A DNA stretch of 64,000 nt, from assembly GCA_963740355.1 (NCBI GenBank), contig CAVUDW010000002.1:672001-736000 (forward strand), given 5' to 3'. The notes under the pieces are model-generated. The model had not been told where the DNA came from. It saw nothing but the letters and a program-made list of their open reading frames with translations, and did not search any database. Position 1 is the first letter of the stretch. Each line of letters opens with the position of its first letter. Source of the DNA: an uncultured Gemmatimonadaceae bacterium. GTDB taxonomy: Bacteria > Gemmatimonadota > Gemmatimonadetes > Gemmatimonadales > Gemmatimonadaceae. Position numbers and translations under genes: made by a program. This document shows positions 46,370 to 58,148 of this stretch, one piece after another.

Positions 46370-47929
46370 ATGACCCCTCCCGTAAAAGCCGTATTGTGGG
46401 TTGATGACGAGGCCGAGATGCTCGAGGCCCATCGCATCTTCCTCCAGGACAAAGGGTACGACGTTCAGATGGCGCGGAATTCCGAGGATGCTCTCGAGCT
46501 CCTCCGGCGCCGGCGGTTCGACGTTCTCCTGCTCGACGAGCAGATGCCCGGGAAGCGGGGCCTGGAGACGTGGCGCGACGTGCAGACCATCGACCCGATG
46601 CTGCCGGTCGTGATGATCACCAAGAGCGAGGAAGACGCGACACTTCGCGAGGCGCTCGGTGCCGCGGTGCACGATTACCTCGTCAAGCCGGTCAATCCGA
46701 GGCAGGTGCTGACGGCGATCACGCGGATTCTCGACGGTACCCGATTGCGACAGCAGGCCCTCGCCCGCGAGTTCGTGGAGCGCTTCCGGGCGTTCGAGAA
46801 TGAGGGCTACAGTAGCGACTGGCGCGGCTGGATCGAGCGCACGGCGGAAGTCACGCGCTGGGATGTGGCACTCGACGAAGCGGGCGAAGGCGGACTGCGC
46901 GAATCACTGGTGGGACTGTATCCGGCAATGCGTCGCGAGTTCGCGCAGTTCATCCGTCGCCAGTATCCGACCTGGCTGGCGGACCTGCAGGGTGATCGGC
47001 CGCCGCTCTCGATCGACATCGTGTCGGAGCATGTCGCGCCGCTGCTGACCACCGAGAAGGCCGCCTGCTTCATCGTGGTGGACTGCCTGCGTCTCGACCA
47101 GTGGCTTGGCCTGGCGCCGTTGCTCGGTCAGTGGTTCACCGAGGAACGGTCGCACTACTACTCGATCCTGCCGACGGCCACGCCGTACTCGCGGAATGCG
47201 TTGTTCAGCGGTCTGTTCCCGGGCGAGATGGCGGGCATGCATCCCGACTGGTGGAAGGAGCGCGAGGACGAGTCGCTGAACGCCCACGAGCGACAGTTGC
47301 TGGAGCTGCAGCTGAAGGAACTCGGTCACAACGTGCCGGTGCGGTACCACAAGATCAGCACGCCGCACGAGTCGGAAGACCTCGAGCGGAAGATTTCTTC
47401 GGCGGTGATTTCCGAGGGTGTGAGTGCCTTCGTCTTCAACTTCGTGGACCTGCTGACGCATAGCCGCTCCGACAATTCGGTGTTGCTGGAAGTGGCGAAG
47501 GACGAAGTCGCGCTGCGTCGCCTGACGCGCCAGTGGTTCGAGCGGTCGGCGTTGTTCAGCGTATTGAAGGAAGCGGCACGGAAGAAGATCACGGTGATCC
47601 TGACCAGCGATCACGGCTCGATCCTCTGCCAGACGCCGGCGACGGTGTTCGCGCGGCGCGACGCGACCCACAACCTGCGCTACAAGTTCGGCGAGGACCT
47701 GCGAGCCGAGAAGCCGGAGCAGGCGTTGCTCTTTCCCAATGCCGATGCGCTGCGCCTGCCGCGTCGCGGACTGGGGAAGAACACGTTGCTGGCGGCCACG
47801 GACTGCTACTTTGTGTATCCGACCAAGCTCCGTGAGTATCAGGGGCGGTATCGCGGCGGTTTCTTCCATGGTGGTGTGAGCCCCGAAGAGATGATCCTGC
47901 CGCTCGTTCGACTCGTACCCCGCCGCTGA
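46370..47929 (+). CDS. PorX-like response regulator with PglZ (alkaline phosphatase superfamily) domain
   Basis: LWVDDE, LDEQMPG, MITKSEE, VVDCLRLDQW, LPTATPYSRN, TSDHG, HGGVSPEEM. Confidence 0.88.
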   Translation: MTPPVKAVLWVDDEAEMLEAHRIFLQDKGYDVQMARNSEDALELLRRRRFDVLLLDEQMPGKRGLETWRDVQTIDPMLPVVMITKSEEDATLREALGAAVHDYLVKPVNPRQVLTAITRILDGTRLRQQALAREFVERFRAFENEGYSSDWRGWIERTAEVTRWDVALDEAGEGGLRESLVGLYPAMRREFAQFIRRQYPTWLADLQGDRPPLSIDIVSEHVAPLLTTEKAACFIVVDCLRLDQWLGLAPLLGQWFTEERSHYYSILPTATPYSRNALFSGLFPGEMAGMHPDWWKEREDESLNAHERQLLELQLKELGHNVPVRYHKISTPHESEDLERKISSAVISEGVSAFVFNFVDLLTHSRSDNSVLLEVAKDEVALRRLTRQWFERSALFSVLKEAARKKITVILTSDHGSILCQTPATVFARRDATHNLRYKFGEDLRAEKPEQALLFPNADALRLPRRGLGKNTLLAATDCYFVYPTKLREYQGRYRGGFFHGGVSPEEMILPLVRLVPRR

Positions 47930-47931
47930 CC

Positions 47932-49767
47932 GTGTATCGCCGACTGCTGGGAATTCTGCGCCCGCATTCGTGGCGCATGGGCGCGACGATCGTGTGCAAC
48001 CTGATCGTCGCCGGCCTCGATGTCTTTTCGCTGACGTTGCTGATCCCATTCCTGCAGACGCTCTTCGGCCTGCAGGCATCGGCGACGCAGAAGGTGGCCA
48101 CAGGCGGCGTGCAGCAGATGTTGAACCAGCTGCTGGGCCGCTTTCTCGATCCCAGCGACAAGATGGGGTCGTTGCAGACCGTGGTGCTGGTCATCCTGGT
48201 GGCGATCACGCTGAAGAACCTCTTCGCGTGGATCAGTGGACAGCTGGGAGCCGGCCTGCAGGAACTGGTGACGCGCGACCTGCGCGACATGGTGTACCGT
48301 CACCTGTTGCAGCTTCCGCTGGCCTACTTCCAGCGCACCAAGACTGGCCAGGTGGTGACGCGGATCCTGACCGACACTGCGCAGAGCAAGGCGCTGATCA
48401 CCGAACTCGTGACGCGCTCACTCCAGAGTGGTGCGACCATAATCGTCAGTATCGTGGTGCTGGTGTCGCTGAGCTGGAAGCTGACGCTGGTGTCGCTGGT
48501 ACTGGCCCCGATGCTGATTGGCATGTTGCAGCCGATCCTGCGCAAGCTGCGCAAGCGTCATCGCCGGTTGAGCAACGAATACGGCGAGATGACGAGCATC
48601 GTGCAGGAGGCGGTGAGCGGGATTCGCCTCGTCAAGGCTACCGGAGCCGAGCCGCACGAAACGCAGCGCTTCACCGACGCCAGCGGCCGATATGCGAAAG
48701 CGATGACACGCGTCTCCGCGCTCGGCGTATTGTCGCAGCCGCTGACGGAAGTTGCCGGTACCGCGATCGCCGTGCTGGTGCTCTGGATCGGCGCGCAGCA
48801 GGTGCTGGTCGATCGCACGCTGGATGGCGCCGACCTGATCACCTTCCTGCTGGTCGTGCTGCGCATGCTGCAGCCGCTGAAGCAGATCTCGCAGGTGCCG
48901 GCGACGGCGCAGTCGTCGATGGCCAGCGCAGAGCGATTGTTCGAGGTGCTGGACGAAACGACTGAAGCGAGCGCGGATCGCGGCACGAAGCAGGTTGACG
49001 CACTGGCGGACGGCGTCCGCTTCGAGAACGTCTCGTTCACGTACGGCGATGAGGCGGTGTTGCGCGACGTGAGCTTCGATGCGCCGAAGGGCGAGATCGT
49101 GGCGCTCGTGGGAGCCAGCGGCGCGGGCAAGAGCACGCTGGTGGACCTGGTGCCGCGCTTCAACGCCCCGACGTCGGGCCGCATCCTGCTCGACGGCATC
49201 GACCTGCAGGACGTGAAGCTCACGTCGCTGCGGAAGCTGACCGGCATCGTCAGCCAGGACACGGTGTTGTTCAACGACACCGTCCGTGCGAACATCGCGT
49301 TCGGTGCGCCGGGTGTGTACACGCAGGCACAGGTGGAGGCGGCGGCTCGCGCTGCCAACGCGCATCAGTTTATCGGTGAGCTTCCACAGGGCTATGACAC
49401 GGTGCTCGGTGAACGCGGAACACGCCTCAGTGGCGGCCAGCGGCAGCGCATCGCCATTGCCCGGGCGTTGCTCAGCGATCCGCCGATCCTGATCCTCGAC
49501 GAAGCGACGTCTGCGCTCGACACCGAGAGTGAACGCCTAGTCCAGGAAGCCATCGACCGTCTGCTGGCTGGCCGCACGGTGTTCGTGATCGCGCACCGCT
49601 TGAGCACCGTCGAGCATGCGCAGCAGATTCTGGTGCTCGATCGCGGCAGGATCATCGAGCGTGGCACGCACGAGGCTCTCCTCGCGCAGCGCGGCGCCTA
49701 TCACCGATTGTACACGATGCAATTTCGCGAACGCGACAGCGCTGACGCTGTCACGGTGGACGCATGA
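47932..49767 (+). CDS. msbA: MsbA-like ABC exporter (TMD plus NBD)
   Basis: GASGAGKST, LSGGQRQR, ILDEATSALD; next to a lipid A acyltransferase. Confidence 0.75.
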   Translation: MYRRLLGILRPHSWRMGATIVCNLIVAGLDVFSLTLLIPFLQTLFGLQASATQKVATGGVQQMLNQLLGRFLDPSDKMGSLQTVVLVILVAITLKNLFAWISGQLGAGLQELVTRDLRDMVYRHLLQLPLAYFQRTKTGQVVTRILTDTAQSKALITELVTRSLQSGATIIVSIVVLVSLSWKLTLVSLVLAPMLIGMLQPILRKLRKRHRRLSNEYGEMTSIVQEAVSGIRLVKATGAEPHETQRFTDASGRYAKAMTRVSALGVLSQPLTEVAGTAIAVLVLWIGAQQVLVDRTLDGADLITFLLVVLRMLQPLKQISQVPATAQSSMASAERLFEVLDETTEASADRGTKQVDALADGVRFENVSFTYGDEAVLRDVSFDAPKGEIVALVGASGAGKSTLVDLVPRFNAPTSGRILLDGIDLQDVKLTSLRKLTGIVSQDTVLFNDTVRANIAFGAPGVYTQAQVEAAARAANAHQFIGELPQGYDTVLGERGTRLSGGQRQRIAIARALLSDPPILILDEATSALDTESERLVQEAIDRLLAGRTVFVIAHRLSTVEHAQQILVLDRGRIIERGTHEALLAQRGAYHRLYTMQFRERDSADAVTVDA

Positions 49768-50837
49768 GTCGACTGGTCTTCTTCCATCCTTCGCCCACCT
49801 GGGGCGGCCTGGCTCGCGTGTACCTCGAGATCGGTCGCGCGCTGGCCGCTCGCGGCGTGACGGTGGCGGTCGCCTGTCCGGCCGGCTCGGTCGTCGCGTC
49901 GGGTTTCGGCGCACTCGACATCCTGCCGTTCGAGGATCGTGGCGCCTGGTTCTCGGATGGCATTCGGCTCAGCGCCATGCTGCGTGAGTACGGCTCTGAC
50001 GCGGTGGTGGTCGCGGGTGATGAGCCGCACATGATGGCGGCGTGGGCTGTGCGCCGCAGCGGCCGTGGCGCTGTGCTGCGGCGCATGCGAACCGGCATCG
50101 CCACGCCGGTGACGGTGAAGACCCGCCTCGCCGTGCGTTTGGCACCGACCTGGTTCGTGCACAGTTCTGCGGCCGAGGCGAAGGCCTCGGAGCCGGTGAA
50201 GCGCCTGCGTGGACGCATCATTGCCGATGTAGCCGTCGATCCGATGCAGTTCGAGCGCGTGGTGGCGGCGCCCACGCCAATCGGAACCAGCACCATCGCC
50301 ATCGTCACCGATCCGGAATCACAGCGTGCCACGGCCGCCGCGTTGCGCACCGTGGCAGCGATGCGGAGCCGCGGTCATCCGTTGCGTGCATTGCTACTGG
50401 GCACGCCACATGATGACAATGAGGTGCGCGTACATGCGACCGCGCTCGGCCTTGGTGACTCGTTCACCATGCTCGGTGATCCGATCGATCGGGCACCGCT
50501 GTTGGCCGCAGCCGACCTGGTTTGGGTGGCCGCCGATCATGACGATGGCGGCATCGCTGTCCTCGACGCCATGTCGCTGGCGAGCCCGGTGATCGTGACG
50601 CGAGGCACGATGGCGGAGCGCTTCGTGAAACATGGTGAGACCGGTGTGATCGCCGAACGTGATGACGCATTGGCGAGCGCCGCACTGATCACGCTTCTGG
50701 AATCGGATGCCGCGCACCTGAGTCGCATGGGTGAAGCCGCGCAGGCGGACGTCCGCGCACGTCGCGGCCTGTCCGCAGTGTCGGAGGCGTTCATGACGGT
50801 GCTGCAGGATGCCGCGTCGGCGCAGGTGGCCGCCTGA
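49764..50837 (+). CDS. GT-B glycosyltransferase (family 4-like)
   Basis: WGG N-terminal motif, LAARG, VLDAMSLASPVI, VKHGETG. Confidence 0.7.
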   Translation: MSRLVFFHPSPTWGGLARVYLEIGRALAARGVTVAVACPAGSVVASGFGALDILPFEDRGAWFSDGIRLSAMLREYGSDAVVVAGDEPHMMAAWAVRRSGRGAVLRRMRTGIATPVTVKTRLAVRLAPTWFVHSSAAEAKASEPVKRLRGRIIADVAVDPMQFERVVAAPTPIGTSTIAIVTDPESQRATAAALRTVAAMRSRGHPLRALLLGTPHDDNEVRVHATALGLGDSFTMLGDPIDRAPLLAAADLVWVAADHDDGGIAVLDAMSLASPVIVTRGTMAERFVKHGETGVIAERDDALASAALITLLESDAAHLSRMGEAAQADVRARRGLSAVSEAFMTVLQDAASAQVAA

Positions 50838-50848
50838 CCGCTGCCCTC

Positions 50849-51781
50849 ATGCCTGCCGCGACGGTGAAGCCGCCAACATTCCAGCACCGGGTCGAGTACG
50901 CGGCCATTCGCACGGTGGTGGGAGTACTCGGCCTGATGCCGTTTTCGGTTGGCTCACGAGTCGGCGGCGCACTGGGATTGCTAGGCTACAAGCTCGGCAT
51001 CCGCTCCAAGGTGGTCGAGACGCAGATCCAGTTCGCCTTTCCCGAGTTTTCGACCGAACGGGTGAAGGCTTTGGCGCGCGAGTCGTACGACAACCTGGGT
51101 CGCACGTCGATCGAAGCGGCGATCATGGAGCACAGGACGCCCGCCGACCTGATCGCGCTCTTCGAGCGCGTGGATGGATGGGAACACATCGATGCGGCGC
51201 TGAAGGGTGGACGCGGCGCGCTGCTGGTGACGGGTCACCTCGGCAACTGGGAACTCGGCGGCAGTTACATCGCCGCCCGCGGCGTGCCGGTCGATGCGGT
51301 TGCGCGGCACATGGGTAACCGGATCTTCGAGCGCTACCTGACGCGCGTGCGCGAACGCTTCGGTGTGCAGGTGGTGTTTGACGAACTGGCGGTGCGACAG
51401 ACGCCACGCAGTGTGCGCGACAATCGGGTGGTCGGGTTCCTTTCCGATCAGGGCGTGCTCGGGCTGGCATCGAGCTTCGTTCCGTTCTTCAGCCGGCTGG
51501 CGAAGACGCCACGTGGTCCAGCGGTGTTCGCGCTTCGCCTGAAAGTGCCGGTGGTGTTCGTGGTCGCCGTGCGACAACCGTCGGGCAAATACCGCTTGAT
51601 CGTCGAGCCGATCGAAGTGGTGGACTCCGGCGATCGTGAAGCCGATACGATCGCGCTCGTGTCCTACTACACGGCGAGGCTCGAGCACTGGGTGAGGCAA
51701 TATCCCGGGCAGTACTTCTGGCAGCATCGCCGCTGGAAGTACCAGCCCGCTGGCGCACCACCACTGCCCGCAGGGATGTGA
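50849..51781 (+). CDS. Lipid A late acyltransferase (LpxL/HtrB family)
   Basis: HLGNWE, SDQ, PFF, YPGQYFWQHRRWK. Confidence 0.88.
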   Translation: MPAATVKPPTFQHRVEYAAIRTVVGVLGLMPFSVGSRVGGALGLLGYKLGIRSKVVETQIQFAFPEFSTERVKALARESYDNLGRTSIEAAIMEHRTPADLIALFERVDGWEHIDAALKGGRGALLVTGHLGNWELGGSYIAARGVPVDAVARHMGNRIFERYLTRVRERFGVQVVFDELAVRQTPRSVRDNRVVGFLSDQGVLGLASSFVPFFSRLAKTPRGPAVFALRLKVPVVFVVAVRQPSGKYRLIVEPIEVVDSGDREADTIALVSYYTARLEHWVRQYPGQYFWQHRRWKYQPAGAPPLPAGM

Positions 51782-52680
51782 GCGTGTCATCCGCGCCGAC
51801 TGTCGCAGCCCCAATCAATCGCAGTCCGCTCCATGTGATGCGGCACGATGCACGTGCGATACTTGGCCTGCTGCTGCTCGTGGCACTGGTTGGTGCGGCG
51901 GTCGCTGCTCCGCTGCTGACGTCGTACAGCCCCACGGCCATCAATCTCGCCGAGCAGTTGATGCGCCCATCGAGCGCACACTGGCTGGGTACGGATATTC
52001 AGGGGCGCGACATTCTGGCGCGGCTGCTCTTCGGCGCGCGAATTTCGCTCTCCGTGGGCCTCGGTGCGCAAGCGATTGCGCTGCTGGTAGGCGGCACGCT
52101 TGGCCTGGTGAGCGGATTCTACGGTCGCTGGGTGGATGAAGTCGTGATGCGTATCGCGGATGTCACGCTCGCCTTTCCGACGCTGCTGCTGTTGATCGCG
52201 ATGGTCGCAGCCTTCCAGCCCAGCCTCACCGTCGTGACGCTGACCATCGGCATCGTGGGATGGGCCGGTGTGGCGCGACTGGTGCGTGGACAGGTGATGG
52301 TGGTGCGCGGACTGGAGTACGTGCAGGCGGCGCGCGCTCTTGGCGGGAGTGATTTCCGCATCCTGCTGCGTCATGTGTTACCGGCCGTCACGGCGCCGCT
52401 GGTGATCGTCGGTACGCTTGGCATTGCGGCCGCAATCATGGCCGAATCGTCGCTCAGCTTCCTCGGGCTGGGCGTGCAGCCGCCGACACCAAGTTGGGGC
52501 GGCATGATTGCGGATGCTCGTGACCTGTCGCAGTTGCGTCGTGCCCCTTGGACCTCGCTCGCGCCCGGCCTCACCATCGGATGTGCTGTGCTCGCATTCA
52601 ACCTGCTGGGCGACGCGCTTCGCGACGCTACGGACCCACGCCAACTCACTCGCCGCCTCGCGCGGCAGACGGAATCATGA
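51778..52680 (+). CDS. Peptide ABC transporter permease (DppC/OppC-like)
   Basis: HWLGTD, GARISL, ESSLSFLGLG, PSWG, FNLLGDALRD. Confidence 0.9.
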   Translation: MSVSSAPTVAAPINRSPLHVMRHDARAILGLLLLVALVGAAVAAPLLTSYSPTAINLAEQLMRPSSAHWLGTDIQGRDILARLLFGARISLSVGLGAQAIALLVGGTLGLVSGFYGRWVDEVVMRIADVTLAFPTLLLLIAMVAAFQPSLTVVTLTIGIVGWAGVARLVRGQVMVVRGLEYVQAARALGGSDFRILLRHVLPAVTAPLVIVGTLGIAAAIMAESSLSFLGLGVQPPTPSWGGMIADARDLSQLRRAPWTSLAPGLTIGCAVLAFNLLGDALRDATDPRQLTRRLARQTES

Positions 52681-53832
52681 CGAACTTCCTCGCAGTTCAG
52701 CAGCGTGAATATCCGTGGATGACCGACAGTGACGTGATCTATCTCGATCACGCGTCCACTGGCGCGATCCCGAAGGCGACGGCTGATGCCGTGACCGAAT
52801 ACGTCTCGCTGCGCCACATGCCGTTCACGATGAAGCCGGAACACTTCTTCGCGACGCTGCAGAAGTCACGCGAACTGGTGGCGACGCTGATCGGGGCCAG
52901 TGCGGACGAAATTGCGCTCACCACCAACACGTCGCACGGCATCAACCTGGCGGCGTTTTCGTTGCCGCTGAATCCAGGTGACGAGATCCTCACGGTGGAC
53001 CGGGAGTTCCCGGCCAATGTCTTCCCGTGGATCAAGCGTGCCGAGCGCACGGGGGCGGTGCTGGTTCGGCTGCCTTGTGTGGACGATGTGCCCGATCAGG
53101 CGGCCCTGCTGGAAGCGATCGCGACGCGGCCGAAGGTGAAGGTGGTGACGGTGAGCTGGGTGTCGTTCTGTAGCGGTGCCCGCATCGATATCGATGCCGT
53201 GGGCAAGGCCTGTCGGGAGCGTGGGATCTACTTCGTGGTCGATGCGATCCAGGGCCTTGGCGCCCTGACCGCTCGACGTGTCGAAGACGCCGATCGACAT
53301 CCTCGCCTGTGGGGCGCAGAAGTGGTTGCAGTCGCCGTGGGGCGCGGCGTTCACGTACATCCGGCGCGACCTGATCACGAAGCTCGAGCCGGCTTCGGTG
53401 GGCTGGATGTCCACGCGCGGATCGGATGACCTGTTCAACATGCTGCAGTACGATCCGGTCTGGTTCGACGATGCCCGTCGCTTCGAGGTGATCACGTTGC
53501 CTTTCCAGGATTTCGCCGGGATGAACGCCAGCCTCGAGCTGTTCCTCGAGCTCGGGCAGCCGGCGATCGCGAACCACCTGCAGTCACTCGGTGACACGCT
53601 GGTGGATTTCTGCGATGCGCACCCGGAAGTCCGCCTCGTCACGCCGCGCGATCGTGCGCACCGCGCGGGAGTATTCGCGGTGCAGACGCCGGAGCTGGAT
53701 GCGGTCTCGGCGCGCCTGCGCGCGCACAAGGTGTCGCATTCACTGCGTGAGCGCTGCATCCGGCTGGCGCCGCACTGGTACACGACGCCGGGGCAGTGGG
53801 ACACGGTGCTGCGGATGCTCGTCACGGCCTGA
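52677..53832 (+). CDS. Class V aminotransferase / cysteine desulfurase-like PLP enzyme, with apparent +1 frameshift near 53270
   Basis: YLDHAS, NTSHG, VDAIQ in one frame; GAQKWL (PLP Lys), RLAPHWY in the next. Confidence 0.85.
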
Positions 53833-53836
53833 CAGG

Positions 53837-53873
53837 AAAAAGCAGCGTGACCGGAAGACCGGTCACGCTGCTT
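53837..53873 (-). terminator. Intrinsic terminator for tyrS (possibly bidirectional)
   Basis: 15-bp perfect stem AAGCAGCGTGACCGG/CCGGTCACGCTGCTT, 4-nt loop, U-tract on the minus strand, between convergent genes. Confidence 0.85.
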
Positions 53874-53889
53874 CAGTTGTAACGGTCAG

Positions 53890-55158
<1,269 letters not shown>

Positions 55159-55221
55159 GCCCACAAACTAATCCGCGCTGTTGCAGCCACCCCAGCGCCC
55201 ACCCTCGGCTATCTTGATTCC

Positions 55222-57402
55222 ATGGCAGCTGTGACCGGCTTTCTCCAGAATCGCGCCGTCCGCGCGGTGATCCTGCTCGGCACCCTTGGCGCATCGCTGG
55301 GGCTGGGCGCATTCACCGCCGGCTGGACGCTCGTCTGCGCTGGCAATCAGTGCCCGAGCGTCGACGTGCTGGAGTTGTATCAGCCACGCCAAACTTCCAA
55401 GCTCTACGCCGCTGACGGCCGCTTTCTCGCTGAGCTTGGGCTCGAGCGGCGCACCGTCGCCCGCATCCAGGACATTCCGCCGCTGGTGCAGAACGCGTTC
55501 GTCTACACGGAAGACAAGCGCTTCTACAGCCACAACGGCATCGACTTCATTCGCGTCTTCGGCTCCGCCATCGTCAACGTCGTGCGCGGTGGGTATGCGC
55601 AGGGGTTCTCGACGATCACGATGCAGCTGGCCCGCAACATCTTTCCGGAGCGGCTGGAGCGCGCCAAGTCGGTCGTGCGCAAGCTGCGGGAAGGAAAGGT
55701 GGCCCTGGCGATCGAGCGGAAATACTCGAAGCAGAAGATTCTCGAGCTGTACCTGAACCAGATCTATCTCGGCAACGGTGCCTACGGTGTCGAGTCGGCA
55801 GCCCAGCGGTACTTCGGCAAGAACGTGCGCGAGCTCAACCTGGCCGAGGCGGCGCTGCTGGCGGCACTGCCCAAGGCGCCCAATCGCTACAACCCTCGGG
55901 TCGAGCCTGACCGCGCGGTGCAACGCCGGAACACCGTGCTGGAGCTGCTGCGTAGTCAGCACATCATCACCGATGCCGACGCCTCGTTGGCCAAGGCCTA
56001 TCCCCTGCAGCTCGCGCAGCGCACCGAGACGGGCGACATCGCACCGTATTTCGTGGAATGGGTGCGCAAGCAGCTCGACGAGCAATTTGGCCGCCAGCTC
56101 TATGAGCAGGGCCTCAAGGTCTACACCACGCTCGACATCGACATGCAGCTGGCGGCCGAACGGGCCATGGAACAGCAACTGCGCGCGATCGAAGGTGGCA
56201 AGCTGGGGACGTACAAGTACCTGACGTACGAGCAGTATCTCGCCCGGGCAGCGGACGACGAACGCACCAACAGCGGCGTCACCCCCTACTTGCAGGGGGC
56301 GTTCGTGGCCATGGATCCCAAGTCCGGCGGCATTCGTGCGATGATCGGCGGGCGCGACTACACCGACTCGAAATTCAATCGCGCCACGCAGGCGCTGCGT
56401 CAGCCGGGATCGACGTTCAAGCCGATCGTCTACGCCGATGCGATCCAGAACGGGCACACGACGGCCGAGGCGCTGGAGGACAACCCGATCAGTGTGCCGC
56501 AGGCTGGTGGGGGCACCTGGTCGCCGCAGAACTTCGACGGCAAGAGCATGGGCTATATCCCGCTCCGTCGCGCGCTCTACCTGTCGCGAAACCAGGCTGC
56601 GGTGCGACTCGGTATGTCGCTGGGTGAGGAAAGTGTGGCGGCGATGGCGCGTCGCTTTGGCCTCTCGACGCCCATGCCGCCGTATCCCAGCCTGCACATC
56701 GGTGCGGCCGATGTCTATCCGCTCGAGATGATTGCGGCGTACACCACGTTTGCTGCGGGCGGCATTCGCGCCAAGCCCACCGGCATCGTGCGGGTCGAGA
56801 ATTCGAAGGGTGAAGTATTGTGGGAGCCCGCGCCATCGCGCACGGCCGTGTTGTCCACCGGTGAGGCGTGGCTGATGACCGACATGCTGCGCGATGTGGT
56901 GCGTCGCGGCACGGCAGCGCGCGCGGTGGCCTCGCTGCGTGTGCCGTCAGGCGGCAAGACGGGCACCACCAACGATGGCGCCGACGTCTGGTTCATCGGC
57001 TTCACGCCGGACCTGGTGGCTGGGGTGTGGATGGGGCTCGATCGGCCACGCACCATCATGCGCAATGCACAGGGCGGTGAACTGGCCGCACCGGCATGGA
57101 CGGCCTTCATGAATGAGGTCTATCGCCGTCGCGCATTGACGGCGGACTTCGCTGGCCCTGGTGGCCTGATCGCCGTGCCAGTCGATCGCTTGACGGGGTA
57201 CCGCGCTGGCCCGCTCTGCCCGGCCGATCGCATTTACGTCGACTACTTCGTGCAGGGCACCGAACCGACGCAGGAATGCGACGGCACGATCATGGGACCT
57301 ATGGGCGACAGTACACGTTTGGATAATGCGTTCGAGCTTCCGGCCGGCGCGAAGGGGAAGCGGTCCCCGTCAGACACCGCGAATCCATTCCGTCTCCCGT
57401 GA
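55222..57402 (+). CDS. Class A penicillin-binding protein (PBP1A family)
   Basis: EDKRF, GFSTITMQL, YLNQIY; SxxK (STFK), SRN, KTG. Confidence 0.93.
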   Translation: MAAVTGFLQNRAVRAVILLGTLGASLGLGAFTAGWTLVCAGNQCPSVDVLELYQPRQTSKLYAADGRFLAELGLERRTVARIQDIPPLVQNAFVYTEDKRFYSHNGIDFIRVFGSAIVNVVRGGYAQGFSTITMQLARNIFPERLERAKSVVRKLREGKVALAIERKYSKQKILELYLNQIYLGNGAYGVESAAQRYFGKNVRELNLAEAALLAALPKAPNRYNPRVEPDRAVQRRNTVLELLRSQHIITDADASLAKAYPLQLAQRTETGDIAPYFVEWVRKQLDEQFGRQLYEQGLKVYTTLDIDMQLAAERAMEQQLRAIEGGKLGTYKYLTYEQYLARAADDERTNSGVTPYLQGAFVAMDPKSGGIRAMIGGRDYTDSKFNRATQALRQPGSTFKPIVYADAIQNGHTTAEALEDNPISVPQAGGGTWSPQNFDGKSMGYIPLRRALYLSRNQAAVRLGMSLGEESVAAMARRFGLSTPMPPYPSLHIGAADVYPLEMIAAYTTFAAGGIRAKPTGIVRVENSKGEVLWEPAPSRTAVLSTGEAWLMTDMLRDVVRRGTAARAVASLRVPSGGKTGTTNDGADVWFIGFTPDLVAGVWMGLDRPRTIMRNAQGGELAAPAWTAFMNEVYRRRALTADFAGPGGLIAVPVDRLTGYRAGPLCPADRIYVDYFVQGTEPTQECDGTIMGPMGDSTRLDNAFELPAGAKGKRSPSDTANPFRLP

Positions 57403-58148
57403 GCCACTGGTCACCCCTCGACTGTCACGCGCACAGCACCTGCTCCGATGGTGTGCTCAGCCCCGATGAAGTGATTGCGGCCGCGGCAGCGCGCGGTGTG
57501 CGCGGCACGGTCAGCGATCACGCCAGTCGAGACGTTCGCTTCTCGCTCAAGTCGCCCGAAGAGTTCGACCGGTACGAGGCGCTGATCGCGCATCTCGCGT
57601 ATCGTAGCGCCGAGTTCTGCTCGCACGATTCGCTTTGGCGCGAGCTGACGCCGGTGCAGTTGGCGCGGCTCACCCATCGCATTGGGTCGCTGCACGCCTT
57701 CACGCTCGACAATGGCGTGATGGTTCGCATGTTCCAGAAGGAACTGCCAGACGGCTTGACCCGTGCGGCCTACATGTCGGCCCACGTGTCCGCGATCGAG
57801 TCGCTGGCCGAGGTCATGCCGATCGAGATCTTTGCTCACCCGACGCTGGTGCCGCATGTGTTGCGCGGAGTCGCGCCCGAAGAGTTGTGGAGTGAGCAGG
57901 ACGAGGATCGCCTGGTGCGGGCACTGAAGCGAAACGGGATCTGCTTCGAAGTCTCAAACCGCTATCGGGCACATCCGCGGCTGGTGCAGCGGGTGGTCGC
58001 GGCTGGTGTGCGCATTTCACTCGGCTCTGATGGGCATCAGCGCGATCAGATCGGCAATCTCGAGTGGCCGTTGCAGGTGACTCGATCGCTTGGCGTGCCG
58101 GATGACGCGCTCTACGATCCGCTGGTGCATGGCACGCGCCTTGGCTGA
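57399..58148 (+). CDS. PHP domain protein
   Basis: DCHAHS, SDH, GSLH, AHP, GSDGH. Confidence 0.8.
   Translation: MSHWSPLDCHAHSTCSDGVLSPDEVIAAAAARGVRGTVSDHASRDVRFSLKSPEEFDRYEALIAHLAYRSAEFCSHDSLWRELTPVQLARLTHRIGSLHAFTLDNGVMVRMFQKELPDGLTRAAYMSAHVSAIESLAEVMPIEIFAHPTLVPHVLRGVAPEELWSEQDEDRLVRALKRNGICFEVSNRYRAHPRLVQRVVAAGVRISLGSDGHQRDQIGNLEWPLQVTRSLGVPDDALYDPLVHGTRLG

Noticed and set aside
46370..47929. BREX phage defence system
   Set aside because: PglZ is fused to a receiver domain (PorX type), and no brxC, pglX or brxL genes are present.
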